Below, piece by piece: positions 63,279 through 64,000 of a stretch of DNA of 64,000 nt. Where the stretch lies: assembly GCF_964194155.1 (NCBI RefSeq), contig NW_027596303.1, positions 248,001 through 312,000 on the forward strand, read 5' to 3'. Source of the DNA: Cetorhinus maximus (taxonomy: Eukaryota). Under the pieces are notes generated by a model. That model saw only the letters and a program-made list of their open reading frames with translations. It was not told the DNA's origin and did not search any database. A program made the translations under genes and the position numbers. Numbering within the stretch: the stretch's first letter is position 1; every line of letters starts with the position of its first letter.

Positions 63279-64000
63279 TACAGTTATTATGGTTTTATTT
63301 AGTGTGCAATGTGCTTTTAAGAATAATACTTGTTAAGGAAGATCACATGATCTGTAGTAACAAAAGGAGTGGTGCAGAAATAGAAGTGTCTACGGATCAA
63401 CTCTATCATTAATAGTACAACTTGGGCACCCCACAACAAACTGGCGATGAGGATAAAGCAAGATTGAACAGAATAAATCGTGTCGAAAAGAAATCTGCAC
63501 TGTACCTCGCCCAGTAATTGTAAGTAGAAGTTCCGTTTGAATCGAAGTTATTCCCTCCCAAAATGCTGCAATTCGGAATAATTGACCCTTTTGATCCAGC
63601 CATGGACGATTGGTCTCATTACATTGAATGCCTCACGCTCTTTTTCCAAGCAAACGAGATAACGGAGGAAGAGAAGAGGCAAGCAATCCTCTTACGTACA
63701 TGTGGGAATAAAGCCAACAGCTTGATTCGTAGTTTGACAGCACCTGGTGCCCCAGATTCAAAGATTTTTGATGAATTGGTGGACCTCATGAAGGGTCATT
63801 ACCAGCCAAAGCCCTTGGTAATGATGCAAAGGTTCAAGTTTAACTCGAGAAATAGAGGGGAGACAGTTGCTTGTTATGCGGCACATTAGAAGCAAATAAC
63901 GGAACATTGTGAGTTTGGTACATCCCTAAATGACATGCTCAGTGATCGTGTAGTGTGTGGTGTGAATGAGGACATGATTCAGAAGAGATTATTGTCCAAA
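63279..64000 (+). mobile_element. Second Gypsy-1 family copy (5' LTR, PBS, gag; runs off the window)
   Basis: LTR at 63279-63438 with an internal deletion, PBS TGGCGATGAGGAT at 63442, gag from 63563 paralogous to 18468. Confidence 0.92.

Overview
Repeat-dense, non-bacterial, vertebrate-type DNA. The repeat repertoire (Deu-domain SINEs, CR1, L2, RTE, Penelope-derived units) suggests a cartilaginous fish; this is inference only. Nearly all tracked ORFs are artefacts of tandem repeats or decayed transposons. The only host-gene signal is on the minus strand near the left end: a 40-nt ATG exon (4301-4262) encoding a signal-peptide-like MMVPWISLLLALV, plus a frame-compatible 29-nt micro-exon (1668-1640). 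The rest is upstream/intergenic. It holds two deeply nested transposon stacks. One is an RTE LINE hosting a full-length Mag-type Gypsy element. The other is an RT-less Gypsy element hosting a complete two-gene Harbinger transposon. There are also four MITEs sharing that Harbinger's termini, two hAT MITEs, several short Penelope-derived units carrying a minimal hammerhead-ribozyme motif, and six tandem arrays, including a 5.5-kb 28-bp satellite with a palindromic core and higher-order structure. No clearly new biological system could be demonstrated by eye. The best leads are the hammerhead-bearing short retroelements, the Harbinger/MITE family and the unidentified micro-exon gene. Boundaries of decayed repeats are approximate.
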